Assembly (NCBI RefSeq): GCF_001194135.2
Contig: NC_068989.1
Span: 2,800,886-2,864,885, forward strand
Length of the DNA: 64,000 bases
Origin: Octopus bimaculoides
Taxonomy: Eukaryota
Reading direction: 5' to 3'
Positions within the stretch are counted from its first letter, which is position 1; every line of letters starts with the position of its first letter. Made by a program: the position numbers and the translations under genes. Below the pieces are notes generated by a model. It was given only the letters and a program-made list of their open reading frames with translations, did not search any database and was not told the DNA's origin. Shown here piece by piece: positions 12,624 through 26,000 of the stretch.

Positions 12624-12803
12624 TTGTAAAATATAACATGTCTTGAATGGCACAACAATGCAGAGTGACTATAATAACTGCTATAATTTAATTATTCATA
12701 GTCTGATACAATATTATATTAGACTATGAGTAATTAAATTATAACAGTTATTATAGTCCACTCTGCATTGTTGTGCCATTCAAGACAATGTTCTATTTTA
12801 TAA
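12624..12803. repeat. Long inverted repeat (about 85-bp arms, about 12-nt loop), probable fold-back MITE
   Basis: tgtcttgaatggcacaacaatgcagagtg...tcatagtct is mirrored by agactatga...cactctgcattgttgtgccattcaagaca with few mismatches. Confidence 0.9.
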
Positions 12804-13322
12804 CATGGAACACTTTTCAGCAGGAATGTTTTATAGTGAAGAAAAATTGTTTTGGATCATTCGTTATTTACAATGTTAAAATCTTTTCCTCTTTCTGTAC
12901 AGTATTTGAATGAAAGAAGTAAGGGGGAGAGAAAAATAGAGACAAAAAAATTAAAGAGAAAGAGGGAAGAGTATTGTGTGTGCATGTGTCTTTTATCCTT
13001 TACTGGTTTCAGTCATTGGAATGCAACCATGCTGGGGTTGGCAACAGGAAGGGCAACCAACTGTAGAAAATCTTGTTCCATCAAATTCCATTTGGCCCAT
13101 GCAAGTATGAAAAAGTGAACGTTAAATGACGAAAGTTTCTATAGTGGATGGATTTCTTGTTGTCTTCACCAAGACAGTATCTAAGAATGTTCTAGATAAT
13201 CTTTTGACTTATTGTAAACAATCAAGTGAGCTGAATCATACACATGAATTATTTAGTAATTTCTCTAGTACAGCATTTACTTAGCACTCAATAAAAGAAA
13301 TATTCAACTGAATGTTACTTAC

Positions 13323-13445
13323 AATCACATCAAATTTAGCATATACATCTACGACTTTGCCCTGTTCATCAACTACTGGTAGTGCTGATATACGATGTTC
13401 TACAAATAAGTTTAATGCTTTGATGATTGGTGTGTCTGGCCCAGC
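13323..13445 (-). CDS. PRKAG: AMPK gamma exon [44 protein letters not shown]3
   Basis: 123 nt, GT-AG; SALPVVD and KFDVI motifs. Confidence 0.98.
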
Positions 13446-13475
13446 CTGAAACAAATAATAAGATAAGAAGAATGG

Positions 13476-14005
13476 TTTTATTTATTTGCCACAAGGGCAA
13501 AAGACGAGGGAGGACAATACCAAGACAGACATAAAAGAGGTTTTACATATAATGAAATGGTAAAAAAAAAAAGGGAGGAAAGAAAGAAATAAAGTATACA
13601 CAGTATACACTGGAAAAAAAAGGGATAAATGCATAACATACAAAAGTTTTTAAAAAAAATGTAGTGGGGAGGATGATAGAGATGTGGCCCTCCTGATACA
13701 GGAAGGCCTCTAGGGATAATCTAGGAACCACACGAGCAAGTGCCCTCTCCAATTCCTTCTCTCTGACTCACAAGTCTACACTTAAAGAGGTACCATCCAC
13801 TCTTGCCATTTTCACAACTTTCACCCATCTTTCAATAAACTCACTCGAGGACAACACTTCTCCCTCCACTCTCAATTTCCTTTTCAAGTTAAACTTGAAG
13901 AAGTCAATGAGAGCTCTACCAAAGAGGAATGGATCTGTCCTCATGCCTTTCAGCTTTGTCCACCAAACAACTTCTTTCACCACAGCCACCAGGCAAATAA
14001 GAAGA
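13476..14005 (-). mobile_element. 3' fragment of an L1/Tx1-like LINE (ORF2 C-terminus plus 3' UTR)
   Basis: ORF KEVVWWTKLKGMRTDPFLFGRALIDFFKFNLKRKLRVEGEVLSSSEFIERWVKV, then a T-rich UTR ending aaataaataaaa. Family assignment is from recall. Confidence 0.6.
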
Positions 14006-14378
14006 ATGGCTTCAAATTTTTGCACAAGGCCAGCAATGTTAGAGGAGGAGTAAGTCAAATAACACTGACCCTAGTCTTCCACTGGTACTTATTTTATTAA
14101 CTACGAAAGAATGAAAAGAAAAATCTACTGCAGTAGAATTTGAACTCACAATGTAATGATTCATAAGAAATACCACTAGGCATTTTGTCCAACATTGTAA
14201 CGATTCTGCCAGCTCACCACAATAACAATAATAAACTTCTAATTATTTCAAAGGGTACAGAGTGGAAATAATTGTGAGTCATTAAATGCTCTAAATCCAG
14301 GAAGATTTTAATACATCTTAAAGAAATTTATTTTATAATTTAAACCTTTGTCTGAAAAATGATAATACATTTACTTAC

Positions 14379-14459
14379 TGTGATAATATTCTCATAAGTT
14401 CCGATATTGAGCTCAGCCAAAGTCTGATGCATGAAATCTGGTCTAGGGAGGTCATTAAT
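14379..14459 (-). CDS. PRKAG: AMPK gamma exon INDLPRPDFMHQTLAELNIGTYENIIT
   Basis: 81 nt; cttcag acceptor, gtaagt donor; LxELxIGTY motif. Confidence 0.97.
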
Positions 14460-15501
14460 CTGAAGAAAAAAAAAAAATTAATTAAAAATATAGTTAAAAG
14501 ATTAAAAAAATTGATTTCTTAATTAGGCTGACACAAAAATATAGAAGCTCTTCTGACCGGATAAAATACTGAGGAGGAATTCAAAATTTCATTTTTAAGT
14601 TACATTTTAAATTTCAGTTTAAAGTGTTTTTTTCTTTTTTTACTGCTATTTAAACAATTAAGACATGACATTTTTGATACTAAGATGATTGAGAGTACCT
14701 CCAAGATCTGTGATAAAAAAATCTCCAGTTACAGACCATCCCTCTCAATTTTATGGAAAGGTCTTTTAAGATGTTGAAACTAAATCATTCCAGAGTTATC
14801 TCCCATATTTCTCAAATTGAAATATTCTAAACAGCAGCATGATAATAAAATTAGTTATTTCACTGAATCTCAGGTACATTTTTGATTATTTTCAAAATCG
14901 AAATACATTAGAGAATGATTTGTTCTACTATTTTGATCTAGTGGGAAGGTACTGAAGAAGCTGTGGGGCCTTTGAACCCCAAGATGTTATAGTACTAAGT
15001 CTTAAAGTTTGGCAGTAAACCATGCCAAGTTCTTTATAAATCACTAAGTGTCTTTTAACTTTTCCAAGTTGTTCAACTGTTAAATTGAGGTAATTTTCTT
15101 GGTGTAATAGTATAGAATTCTTTAATACAGTATAATTGAAAGGCTCCAAAACCCTGTACTCTAGAATTGGTTGTTTTGATCATCAGGGGGTAAGCCATGC
15201 CTGATTTTCTTTTGAATATTCACTGTCAGAATATTTTTTGAAATATGAAATTGAAAGTTTGAAGGAAACTTTTATAGTTATGTGTTTTTGTTTAAAAACC
15301 TTTGTAGGTGGCATTTCTGTTTTTCAGGCAATATCATGCCAAAGAAAATTTGGTTATGATTTCTAGCAAGTAGACTGACTGTGTGTGTGTGTGTGTGTGT
15401 GTGTATGAAGAGAGAGAGAGAGAGAGAGAGTGTGTGTTGTATTAAAAATGTTAATATTTGAACAGAAACAAAATCAAGACAATCAATAAAGGTCTACTTA
15501 C

Positions 15502-15680
15502 ATAAAGATACATAAATCTTAAGATCCTTTTATGCGTTAATATATATATAGCATTGCCCGTGTTTTTGTCAATCACAGGCAACCGATGAACATGGTTCAT
15601 TATTAATGTTTTCACAGCTTCAAATAAACTAGCATCAGGCTCTATGTGAACAAATGGTTTTTGTTTGTCCTTTAAAACTT
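15502..15680 (-). CDS. PRKAG: AMPK gamma exon (E)[62 protein letters not shown]2
   Basis: 179 nt, GT-AG; HRLPVID and YILTHKRIL motifs. Confidence 0.98.
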
Positions 15681-16335
15681 CTGAAAAAGTTTAAAAAAAA
15701 AAAATCAGTTTGTTTCAAGATCATTGACAGATAAAATTCAAGAATCCATGTTTAGAAAATCATTGTCTTCTTATAACTGTGAAACTTAGAAATTCTCTTC
15801 TACCTTATATTTAATGTAAGCAGTAAAATTATTTTTCTCAAAATACTGAATAAATATGTTAAATCTTTGTCTTTTAATATCCATCCATTCTATGTTTTAT
15901 TAATCAGAATTCTTGTTGAAAAGCATTCAAAGAAACTATTGAAATAAAAAGCAAAAACTCTAAGAACTATTCACCAAATACCAACGAAACTGCTAAGGCC
16001 ATTCATCGACAAAGAATACGTAAAACTATAGAAATAAAGATATATAGAAATCAAGACTTATACATGAAAATAGAAAACTGAGAATAAATGCTGTAGGTTG
16101 GTTGCCAATCCCAAAACTGCTAATAACAATGTTGATAAGAGCAATGAGGTAGTTGAAACTAAGAATAGCTGAAAAAGAAGTAACTCATCATACAAAACCA
16201 ATTATTCTATTGGATTGGGCAGCTAAAGTGAGAATGTTTGCACTGAATAGTTTCAAAGTCTGAAACTAAGGTAAATGAAAAGATAGAAGCATGAAGCTTT
16301 GTAAGATTATTTGTCGTCTCATAAGATAATATAGT

Positions 16336-16737
16336 GGTTTCAAATTTTGGCACAAGGCCAGCAAGCCCAGGGGAGGGGGTAAGTTGATTACATTAACTCC
16401 AGTGTTCAGCTGGTATTTATGTTATTGAGCTGAAAAGGGTGAATGGCAAAGTTGACCTTGGTGGAATCTGAACTCAGAATGTAAAGACAGACGAAATGCT
16501 GCCGCTTCACAATGAGAAATATCAAGGTGGTGAGTTGGCAGAATTGTCAGCATGTCCAGCAAAATACTTAGCAGCATTTTGTCCATCTAAATGTTCTGAG
16601 TTCAAATAGCACTGAGGTCAATTTACCTTTCATTCTTTTGGGGTTGATAGAATAAGTACCAGATGAGTACTGGGGTCGATGTAATCAACTTATGACCTCA
16701 CCACGAAATTGCTGGCCTTGTGCTAAAATTTGAAAGC
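16336..16737. mobile_element. Two SINEs of one family in head-to-head inverted orientation
   Basis: Minus copy 16336-16502 and plus copy 16526-16737 share the ttctgagttca...gtaccag...gctggccttgtgc..aaatttgaaa sequence. Confidence 0.8.
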
Positions 16738-16946
16738 AATAGATTGGATAGTCAATTGAATATGGAAAGCAATATATTAGATAGTTAAATGAATATGGAT
16801 GAGTCAGTTTGAACATGACCTCTTTGCCTCAACCATGTTTATTACCCAAAACACCTTCTTAAAGACAGATTTCAATCTTAAGTTCTCAATTAAGAAACCT
16901 AAACCTGTATATTAGAATGGAAAGATTATTGTAACCATGGACATAC

Positions 16947-16992
16947 CTCTCCAAGTATCAATTTTGTGTTCTTCTAATTCTTCCATATGAGC
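16947..16992 (-). CDS. PRKAG: AMPK gamma exon AHMEELEEHKIDTWR(E)
   Basis: 46 nt; ttcag acceptor, gtatgt donor; ELEEHKIxTWR motif. Confidence 0.97.
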
Positions 16993-17900
16993 CTGAAATT
17001 ATAAAATATTTAAGTATAAAAGTCAGTTCAATGTGACTTTACACAAATACATTTCATTCAACACAGCTTTTTGCAACATTATTTGATTCTAGTTTGACTA
17101 AGCTCTGTACACACCAGCATAATATTCCATTTGCTGTTTCAAAAAGAATAATTTTGTTCTTATCAGGCTGTGAATGACATTTGGTGTTCATAGCTGACAA
17201 AGTGTAATGTCCAAAGTGAAGTGACACAGAAATGCATGTCTGACAATCCAATGATATCATTTACAACTCCTCTTGTGTTTACACCTATGTCTGAGAGGAG
17301 AATTTTCTCCTGGGGCTATCTCCATAGCAGGTTTTCTCACATCTGAGTGCATTTGAATGTATTAAATATGGCTTTACTGGAACAATCGTTACTATTTCTC
17401 TATAAAATTTCAAAGTATGGGAGGCATGGCCTGTGGTTAAGAAATTTGCTTTCCAGTCACATAATTCTGCTTTCTACCACAGCCTTGTGTTGGAAAGGAT
17501 AGCTGGTAAAATTTGGTAGCTACAAATATAGGTGAGAGAGAGAGAAGGGATTGTGTACAGGTATTGGTGAGTTTGATCAGAATCAGAGCATCAAACAAGA
17601 CTACTTGTGGTGTTTAGTTTAAGCATAGCTAATAACTCTTTATGCAAAGATCAACTTTGCCGTTTGATCTTTATGGAATCAATAAAATAAATACGAAACA
17701 AAGTACTGGTGCCAATATAATCAACTGATACTTTTGATAGTGATGGTCCCAGCATGACCACAGTCCACACCTCAAAACTTGTAAAAAAACAAAAACAAAA
17801 ACAAAAACAAAAAGAAAACAGTATTTTAAACTAATTGGTAATTTTCAACAAAACAAACAAACAAACAAAATGTATTTTGAAATGGTGTAAAAATACTTAC

Positions 17901-17959
17901 TAAAGGAGCTTTGTAGTACTTCTGCAGAATACTAATAAAATCAGTAATCGTTAACATGC
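17901..17959 (-). CDS. PRKAG: AMPK gamma exon (G)MLTITDFISILQKYYKAPL
   Basis: 59 nt; cttacag acceptor, gtaagt donor; MLTITDF motif. Confidence 0.97.
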
Positions 17960-18181
17960 CTGTAAGAGAGAATAAGGTCAGGATATTAAAGTGAAAAATA
18001 TGCTTGACTTAAATTCTAGAAAATATAACTTATGGATTGATAATTTAATAACAGTTGTAGGTATGCATGTACACATTTGCAGATACATAGCTTGGATATT
18101 TGTTGAGGATACATATATAAGTATTAAGTTACATGAAATGTTTTAAATAATGGAAAAGAATTCACTGCTGTAACAACTTAC

Positions 18182-18263
18182 CGACATAATCTTGCTTTGC
18201 ACTGTCCCACAGAGGTGCTGCTCTTACTCCGTTGTAGACAAGAGCAAAAAATGCTTTCTTAAC
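18182..18263 (-). CDS. PRKAG: AMPK gamma exon [27 protein letters not shown](G), CBS1
   Basis: 82 nt, GT-AG; near-identical to PRKAG [21 protein letters not shown]. Confidence 0.98.
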
Positions 18264-18847
18264 CTGAAACAAATTAAAAACAACATTCAGTGATTTCTGG
18301 ACGCGTGAACAACAAGCCAGAGTAGCTGTTGGTGGAATAAAACCACAAAGTGAAGGAGAGCAAATACAAGATAGCTGGTGTAGCAAATGGTGGGACCCAT
18401 GGAGTAATGTACAGAAGCAAGTTACAAATATATACCAAGTTATAAATATTGACTAAAAATTAAAATCCTGAATAAAAACAATCAAAATTTCAGTTGTACT
18501 AAAATAACTTCATTCTTCAAAAGAGAGTGTTTTGAAACAACGTAGATCACAGTTTTACTAAATATGGAAATCCTCTCCACCAACCACTGTTCATCTACAT
18601 TGCAAACGGTTTCTTTCGCTTGAACAAAATATCTTTTTCTAATTTTTTGGCCAGTAGAATTGAACCTAGGGTGAAAACACCTAAGCTGAAGTTCTCTGCA
18701 CATAGGTAAAAGACAGGATGGTCATAACTGGGATGCTTTCGATCATTGGTCTCCTTGATCAAAGTACTTTTGAGACTAAATAACTTCCTGTCTTTGATTG
18801 TACACTTTGAAATTATTTTGCTGAAGCCCAGGAAGATACCTTTAAGG

Positions 18848-19076
18848 CAAGGGTTCTCAACCCTTTTTAGTCCAAAGACCTCTTTGATTCCAATTTTACC
18901 TGGGTGAATACTCATAACCAGTCAATATTTAACAAAGAAATTATTAAGACATTTTGTGTCTTGTAGAAGTCCAGACAATTTATTGCACATAAGTTTTAAG
19001 AACTAAATCTCATACGGAACTCCCACCCCACCCCCACACTCACAAGCGTCATGTGGACCTCAGTTGAGACCCACTA
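18848..19076. mobile_element. hAT-like MITE
   Basis: caagggttctcaac ... gttgagacccacta termini; body similar to 12121-12316. Confidence 0.6.
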
Positions 19077-20083
19077 CTCCAAGATAAACAACTCCTGTGA
19101 AGGCTGACATTAGTCATTTATCAATCATTCAGCAGATTGATAGAAGCATTCTATCCTACAGCAATCTCGGAAAAGAAACACTCATGAAGCAATACAACAA
19201 TTGAACAGTCAATCATCATCATTGTCGTAATTACACATCACATAAAGACATGCAAAGATTGAGAATCCAAAGCATTGTCAATAAATAACAAAAATTGTGA
19301 AATAAAGGATTATCTTGGAAGAAGATGTTCGTAATTTGTCTTTCTAGAATAATGTCTCTTCTTTCAACCACTTTAAATTAGTGCTAACTTTTTATTGCAT
19401 TTTTTATAAGATGCAAATGTGGCTGTGTGGTTAAGAAGCTTGCCTTCCAACCACATGGTTCCTGGTTCAGTCCCTGGTTGTCAAGTGGTGGAAGGGGACA
19501 AATACAGACACAAGGACACACACATACAGAGCAGCCTGCCACACAGTTTCACTTACAAGGCATTGATTGGTCCAGGGCTATAGTATAAGACACTTGCTCA
19601 AGGTGCCATGCAGTGGAATTGAACCCAAAACAACATGGTTACAAAGTTAGCTCCTTAACGATACAACTCCTTTTTCTTTTTTATGTTCAAGCATCATAAT
19701 TTTAATATTATATCATCTAAGATGTAATCTTAAACATCTTTAAGATAGTAGGGTGTGATTCAAGGAAAATGTGGCTGTGATTTCTAGCATATCAAGCGAC
19801 TTTATGAAAGCTCCTTTGTTAGTTTGTTTAGAACCTAGTTTTGGTTTCTGGTTGTCAAACATTATTAGGAGAAACATGAATGCAATCAATAACTCACATT
19901 GCTCATTTTCCTAAAAATAGGTTTTGCACCTGCAGAGCAGACTTACTCCGTCACCTTGGCTTGACATCTCCACCTGGCACTCAGGTACCTTTAGTAGAGT
20001 CTACACTGTTGGAAGCATTTGGACCAGGTCTCCAGTGTAAGGACAACTTACTCCAACACTAGTCACTACCCTTCCTCTTCTAA

Positions 20084-20197
<114 letters not shown>

Positions 20198-20455
20198 CAC
20201 GTATTCAGAATCATTTATGTCTTTTAAATAAAATTCTTTGACATAACTGGGAATATTTCATTGTGTTCATATACTAAACGATCACAGATACACGCTAAAT
20301 ATTACTGGCTCTGATTTCTGTATGGAAAGTAGATTTACTAGCATGGAATTTTAAAAACATTCAAATCTTCAGTAGTTCTAAAAATATTTAAAAGTAAACT
20401 TTTATCTTATGAAGGGAGGTACAAAAAAATTAAATAAAAAGAATCAAACAATTAC

Positions 20456-20559
20456 CATTAATTGTGTATCAAATATCACTAATTTTGCACTTGTTGGAAT
20501 GAGGTCATAGCATTTGTGTGATTTCATGAATTTGGCAAACATCTGCTTGTGACTCTCAT
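20456..20559 (-). CDS. PRKAG: AMPK gamma exon (D)ESHKQMFAKFMKSHKCYDLIPTSAKLVIFDTQLM
   Basis: 104 nt; ttcag acceptor, gtaatt donor; matches the FMKSHxCYDLIPTSxKLVxFDT motif of gamma subunits. Confidence 0.97.
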
Positions 20560-21216
20560 CTGAAATAAAGAGAAAATATAGGTTACTTTAGAGAATCGAT
20601 CATATGGATTAAGTTGCAAAGGAAAAAGGTAGCATTTAATTTTAAGGAAGTAATCTTTTTATGTGTCAACATCATCCTCATTTAACACCTATTTTCCAAA
20701 CTGGCATGGGTTGGATGGTTTGACAGCATCCAGCAGGCCTCGGGGATGCTTCGTGTTTCAGTGACAGCTTTGGCATGGTTTCTACTGCTGGCCGACCTTC
20801 TTAGTGCCAACCACTTTACAGAGTGTACCGGGAGCTTTTATCATTCCACTGGCACCAGTGAGATTGCCAAGTAAATTATAAGAAGAAAAAGAACAGGGGA
20901 AAAAGAACCCCCCCCCCCACCACCACTACAAAGTGGCAGAGTATTTGAGAAGGGGAGGTGGTTTTATGCCAAGTGTTGAAAGGGTACAGAGAGACAAGCA
21001 GAGGTGCAATAAAGAAACATGGCTACCCACCATTGTATAAAGATGGGTGGGAATACATAAGAGTTTAAAACAAACAATAATTTTGTTCATCTCACATAAT
21101 CTTGATTTTAGTCAAAGATGATTAATTTTAAGAATATTTATCTCCTAAATGCAAACCACACAAATTCAATTAAAATAGCACACCAAATCATTCTAATGTG
21201 ATTTATTAGACCTTCG

Positions 21217-21430
21217 TTAACACTTTAGCATTCAGATTACTCCTCAAATGTAATTGACATTGTTTTAATTAATCATGTATCACCATAGCTTTGAGATACT
21301 GATGATGTGACGGTTTATTTTTAGAATGACACTATGGGGTAGGTGTGAGAGGCTGGATTTGGCCAGTCTGAACATGAAACACAAAGAATCTTTGTGACTG
21401 ATATGGCTGGTTTAAATGCTAAAGGGTTAA
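21217..21430 (-). mobile_element. piggyBac-like MITE
   Basis: TTAA|cactttagcatt ... aatgctaaaggg|TTAA. Confidence 0.7.
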
Positions 21431-22075
21431 AGTCATATTTCTTTCACCTCACTTAATACACAAGCACACCAACATATACGACGGGCTTCTTTCAGTTTCC
21501 GTCTACCACTCACAAGGCTTTAGTTGGCCCAAGGCTATAGTAGAAGACACTGGCCCAAGGTGCCACTAGTCTATGTAACAATCCCTCTGGTCTTTCAGAC
21601 CCAACAAGTGAGAAAATAAAATGAAAAAGAAGAAAGAAAAAAATCCGTTTCAATTCTGTCAGGTTTGACTTTGTTTTTCTTCCTTCCTGTATCAATGTCT
21701 CAATCAAACACTTTACTAAACTCACAGTATGTTTCCTTTGAAACTTGTGGCCCAGTTCCAATATTAAAAGTCAATAAGTTGTTTAATATTGCTGCATTTA
21801 TGGCATTCAGCATACAATATACTTATATAGATGTATATGCATGTGAAGGTTTACAGAAACACTAACATGTATTTTCTGTTGGTTTTTTCTTATGTGAGTA
21901 AATCAGTTATCAGTTGATAACTTGTGTGTTTGGAGCTTATTATACTATTCAACAAATGAAATTCATATAGGTGGATAAAATAAGTACCGGTTGAGTACTG
22001 GGGGCCAATGTAATCAACTTAACTACTCCTGGGTAAGAGTATGAAAACTGCACCCATCTACTATGCCAAGTAGAG

Positions 22076-22357
22076 CAGTGCTACTTGAAGTGGTGGTCTG
22101 TGGACTGGTGCCAGTCTGTGAGCCATCAGCTGCTGGTACGTGGCAAGTTTCCAGAAAAGAAAGAAGCATTATAAAATGCTTATGTAACACTGTATTATTT
22201 GTTTACAAAATAAATATAAGATAAAAAAAATTGTCAACTTTTATTATATTCATTATATATATTGTTTCTGGTATAAATTAATATTACCAGTCCTTGGTAT
22301 ATTGGGGAAAAAAACAAAACTGCCGGTACACCACATCAGATAGTTTGAGAAACACTG
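22076..22357 (+). mobile_element. hAT-like MITE
   Basis: Termini cagtgctacttgaag ... tttgagaaacactg; 6/8 flanking duplication (aagtagag/atgaagag). Confidence 0.7.
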
Positions 22358-23032
22358 ATGAAGAGCCAGTGTGGCAAGGTAGGCTCATCCAACTAGTATA
22401 ATGTCAAGCTTTGATTCACAGCCTTCACATCAGAAGGTGGAGAGAACGTGCTGAGGCCTTCATCCTGCAATGGGCTGAACATAGGCAATCCAACTGAATT
22501 CATTTATTTGTGATTATAAACTGGAACGTTTTAGAATGGTTCAAAGTATGTTCTTCAGTAGTGAATCAATATACTGCATTTTTTAATCAAGTATTGTTTA
22601 TTAAAATCTTTAGATTTTTATAAGCTGAACTGTAATATTTATTGATATTGTAACAAGTATCTCAAGTTTGACCTCATGGTATTGGTTTAATAAAGTAAAA
22701 TTGCTTAAATCTAGAACTCAACCTGGTCCTACTTATTTTCATTTCTCTGTGTTCATGCCAAACCCACATAGGTATCTTTGGTCATATGTGCACACCAAAA
22801 TATAATACCCTTAATCCAGAAATATGAGGGTCCAGTTTTTAGTTTTCTATGCCATTTCAGTCCTACTTCAGTATTAGTCAAACTGGTTGCAAAATAAAAT
22901 CCTATTTTCTCTTCTAAATTCTGGTGCCTAATTATGTAGGCTGTACTGTTAGCTACTACTTTCATATACACTTCTGAAGTGATTGTTAATGGTTATTAAT
23001 AGAAGCAAAATATTTCATTCACTAAGCCTCAC

Positions 23033-23054
23033 CAATGTTTACACTTGTTCTCAT
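23033..23054 (-). CDS. PRKAG: Candidate short alternative first coding exon MRTSVNI(D)
   Basis: ATG with in-frame upstream TAA, 22 nt, donor TTG|gtgagg in phase 1, A-rich UTR-like sequence upstream. Short enough to be chance. Confidence 0.35.
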
Positions 23055-26000
23055 TTCACTATTTTTTTAAGGCTATGGTTGATACGCTTGTGAATATAAC
23101 TAGAGTACAATAACTCACATGTTTGTTAAAAATGTTTCTGTCTATTTATTCGCCTCCTCTTTTATTTTGGTAACAGACTGATTGTTCTTTGTTGTATTAC
23201 TTGTAGCAAAGTTAGTTTGCACACGGTTCTAAATTACCAATTGTTTTTGTTTTTGTTTTTCTATTAGTCTTAATCCATACAAGCGAGCTTAACTATGTGC
23301 AGATAATGTAATCATCACCATCATTGTTTTGACTTTCATTTTCTCATGCTTGCATGGATCAGACAGAATTCATTGAGGCAGATTTTCTATGGCCAGATGC
23401 TGCTCCCTGTCACCAACTAGCTGTCTCCTTGACTAGATGCATTTTCAATGGGAGATTGGAAGCAAATGTCCCTGTATGACAGTGACACTTGTTTACAATT
23501 ATCATGCCATGTCAAGACAAGGAGGCACAACACATGCAAACAGACATATAAGTTCCATCCCTTAATTAAAAGCACATGAGAAGGATTCAGAATCAACACC
23601 TAAAATGCATACACTAACAATAATAGGAAATCTAACCTCTCCATTTACAAACCAAATATTTCTTGTATATATTTGTTGTGTACACTCCTATAAATCAATA
23701 AAGAAACAAATGCAATACTTTATGTTTTTTTTACTTGTATTTCATGGCAGGCTAGCAGTTAGACAGTCATTGATGGAAGACAGCAATTTCCTATTCATAG
23801 GAAAAATACCAGGCAACGTGACAGATACAGGTAGATGTAACTAAAATATCAATAAGTTATCGTAACAGTATTTGAGTCACTTGAGTCAACACAATACGAA
23901 GAAAACAAAACATCTCAATAATGCTTGTTAAATTAATCATTTCTGATTAAAAGGGGGGGGGGTGAAGAAAAGGGAAAGTTATGGAGTCAGATCAGGGATA
24001 AAAGTACTGGAGTTCAAGCCTGTTAATTACTTCAGAGGCATAGATATTCTTTCACTGGTCCAACCCATGCCAGCATGGAAAGCAGACGTTAAACAATGAT
24101 GTTGTAGTCATTAGGGAGCAGTCACATTGGGGTCTCTACCACCTTCAAACGATTTTAGCTGATAATGTTGACCCTACAACTCATTTCAATGTAGTACATA
24201 TTCTATCAGTTGCTGTTTGCTGAACCACTAAATCAGAGATATAAAGGACAACACAAACAAAATTGGTTTTTAGACTAAAGTAAACAATAACACAAAGGGT
24301 GGATGACCAGAGGGACAGACACACACAATTCTTGCAGTTTCCACAAACCAAATTCCACTAATACGGTGACCAAACTAAGGCTATAGTAGAAGACAATTGT
24401 GCCAAATGTAAGGTGTACATTCCAAAGAAATGAATAGACAGAGCAGTCCATCTTTGTAATTTGAGAAGTCTCAGCTCCATTCAACACAAAGAAACTTAGT
24501 GATGCAAAGACCGTATTGTTTGCTTTATTTTAATATTTATTAAGAAAGATAAACAGAAGAAACAACAGAGCATTCTTCAAAGTATTACAGTTTTTAGTTT
24601 CACTCCTCTACAATATTCAAATCTTCACCAATTTAACTGTTGTTTACCCATTTAAATGTTGATAAAATAAGTACCAGTAATATACCATTGTAAGGTGGTG
24701 AGATGGCAGAATTGTTAGCAGACCAGGCAAAATGTTGAACAGTATTTTGTTCATCTTTATGCTCCAAGTTCAAATTCTTCTGGGGTTGACAAAATAAGTA
24801 CCAGTTGAGCAGCGGGGTTGATGTAATTGACTGACCCACTCAGCTGAAATTGTGCCATATAACATTATTCCCCTTTGAAATTTTGCCTCTATTGAAACAT
24901 AAATATGTTTCACCTACCATATTTACTCAAGTAAAATGCAATCATAAATCTCATGAACACCGCCCCCTTCTTAAACTCAAGTCTAATGCTGTCCAATTAA
25001 TTTTGGCCCTGATGTTTTGTACAAAATTTCTCACATTAAACAAGAGTAAATAGACTGCTGTTGTCTCAGTTATGACTTGGTTGCGTAGATCAAATGTCAG
25101 ATGATTAGAACAAACACATTTTCTTAAAGTAAATGAGAAACTGAATTTGATTTTGCAAGTAAAAAATTGGAGTGGTGGCATAAAGCAGATGTCAAATGCA
25201 TTGAAAAAAAAGGAAAAAAAAAAAGAAAAAAAAGAAATATATTCTAAGACAAACATCAATCAGTGAGTATGTTTATTGGCTTTATTAATTAGGACTCTTC
25301 TCAAATATAACAAATGAGAAATTCTGTCCAGAGCTGTGGAGTCGAGACAAAAAATTTTGACTCCTTTACTATTGGCACCTCTGACTCCGACTCCTCTTTA
25401 TGCAATTAAGTGCTTGTGGTCTACATATCTCGTAAAGCATATGCATACGCTTGTACTTTGAGTAGGCCTATGTGTTATAATTGGTTTATATCAAAGAATA
25501 AAGATATTGTGAGTCGGAATCAGAGTCGGTATAGTTTTACTGACTCCGACTCCACAGCCCTGATTCTGTCCATATCTGATTCATATTCTTTGTTTTTGCT
25601 TAAATTGTCATCTCAGAAGTGTCGCTATTCCACATGAAAACTTCATTGTTAACACTTATCTAAGAATCTACAATACTTTAAGGTGCTCCAGCATGTTGGA
25701 TGCACAACCCGCTCCACTTTCAGTAGTACTTATTTAGGAAAAAAATGGTTCTAGTGCACTGAAGCATGAATATATAAACCCAACTCTACATAGGTCATGA
25801 AATGATATTTTGAGAAAAAGTGCCTCTTATACGTTGCTGCCACCATCATCATCGTCATCTAACATCTATTTTTCCATGCTGGCATGGGTTAGATGGTTTG
25901 ACAGGAGCTGGCAAGCTAGAAAGCTACACAAGGCTCCATTTCTCTGTTTTGGCAGGATGCCTTCCTAACGCCAACCGTTTTACAGAGTGTACTGGGTGCT

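Noticed and set aside
21726-21813. Possible first exon MLNAINAAILNNLLTFNIGTGPQVSKETY
   Set aside because: Phase fits, but the donor context (ACT|gtgagt) and surroundings give no independent support; likely chance.
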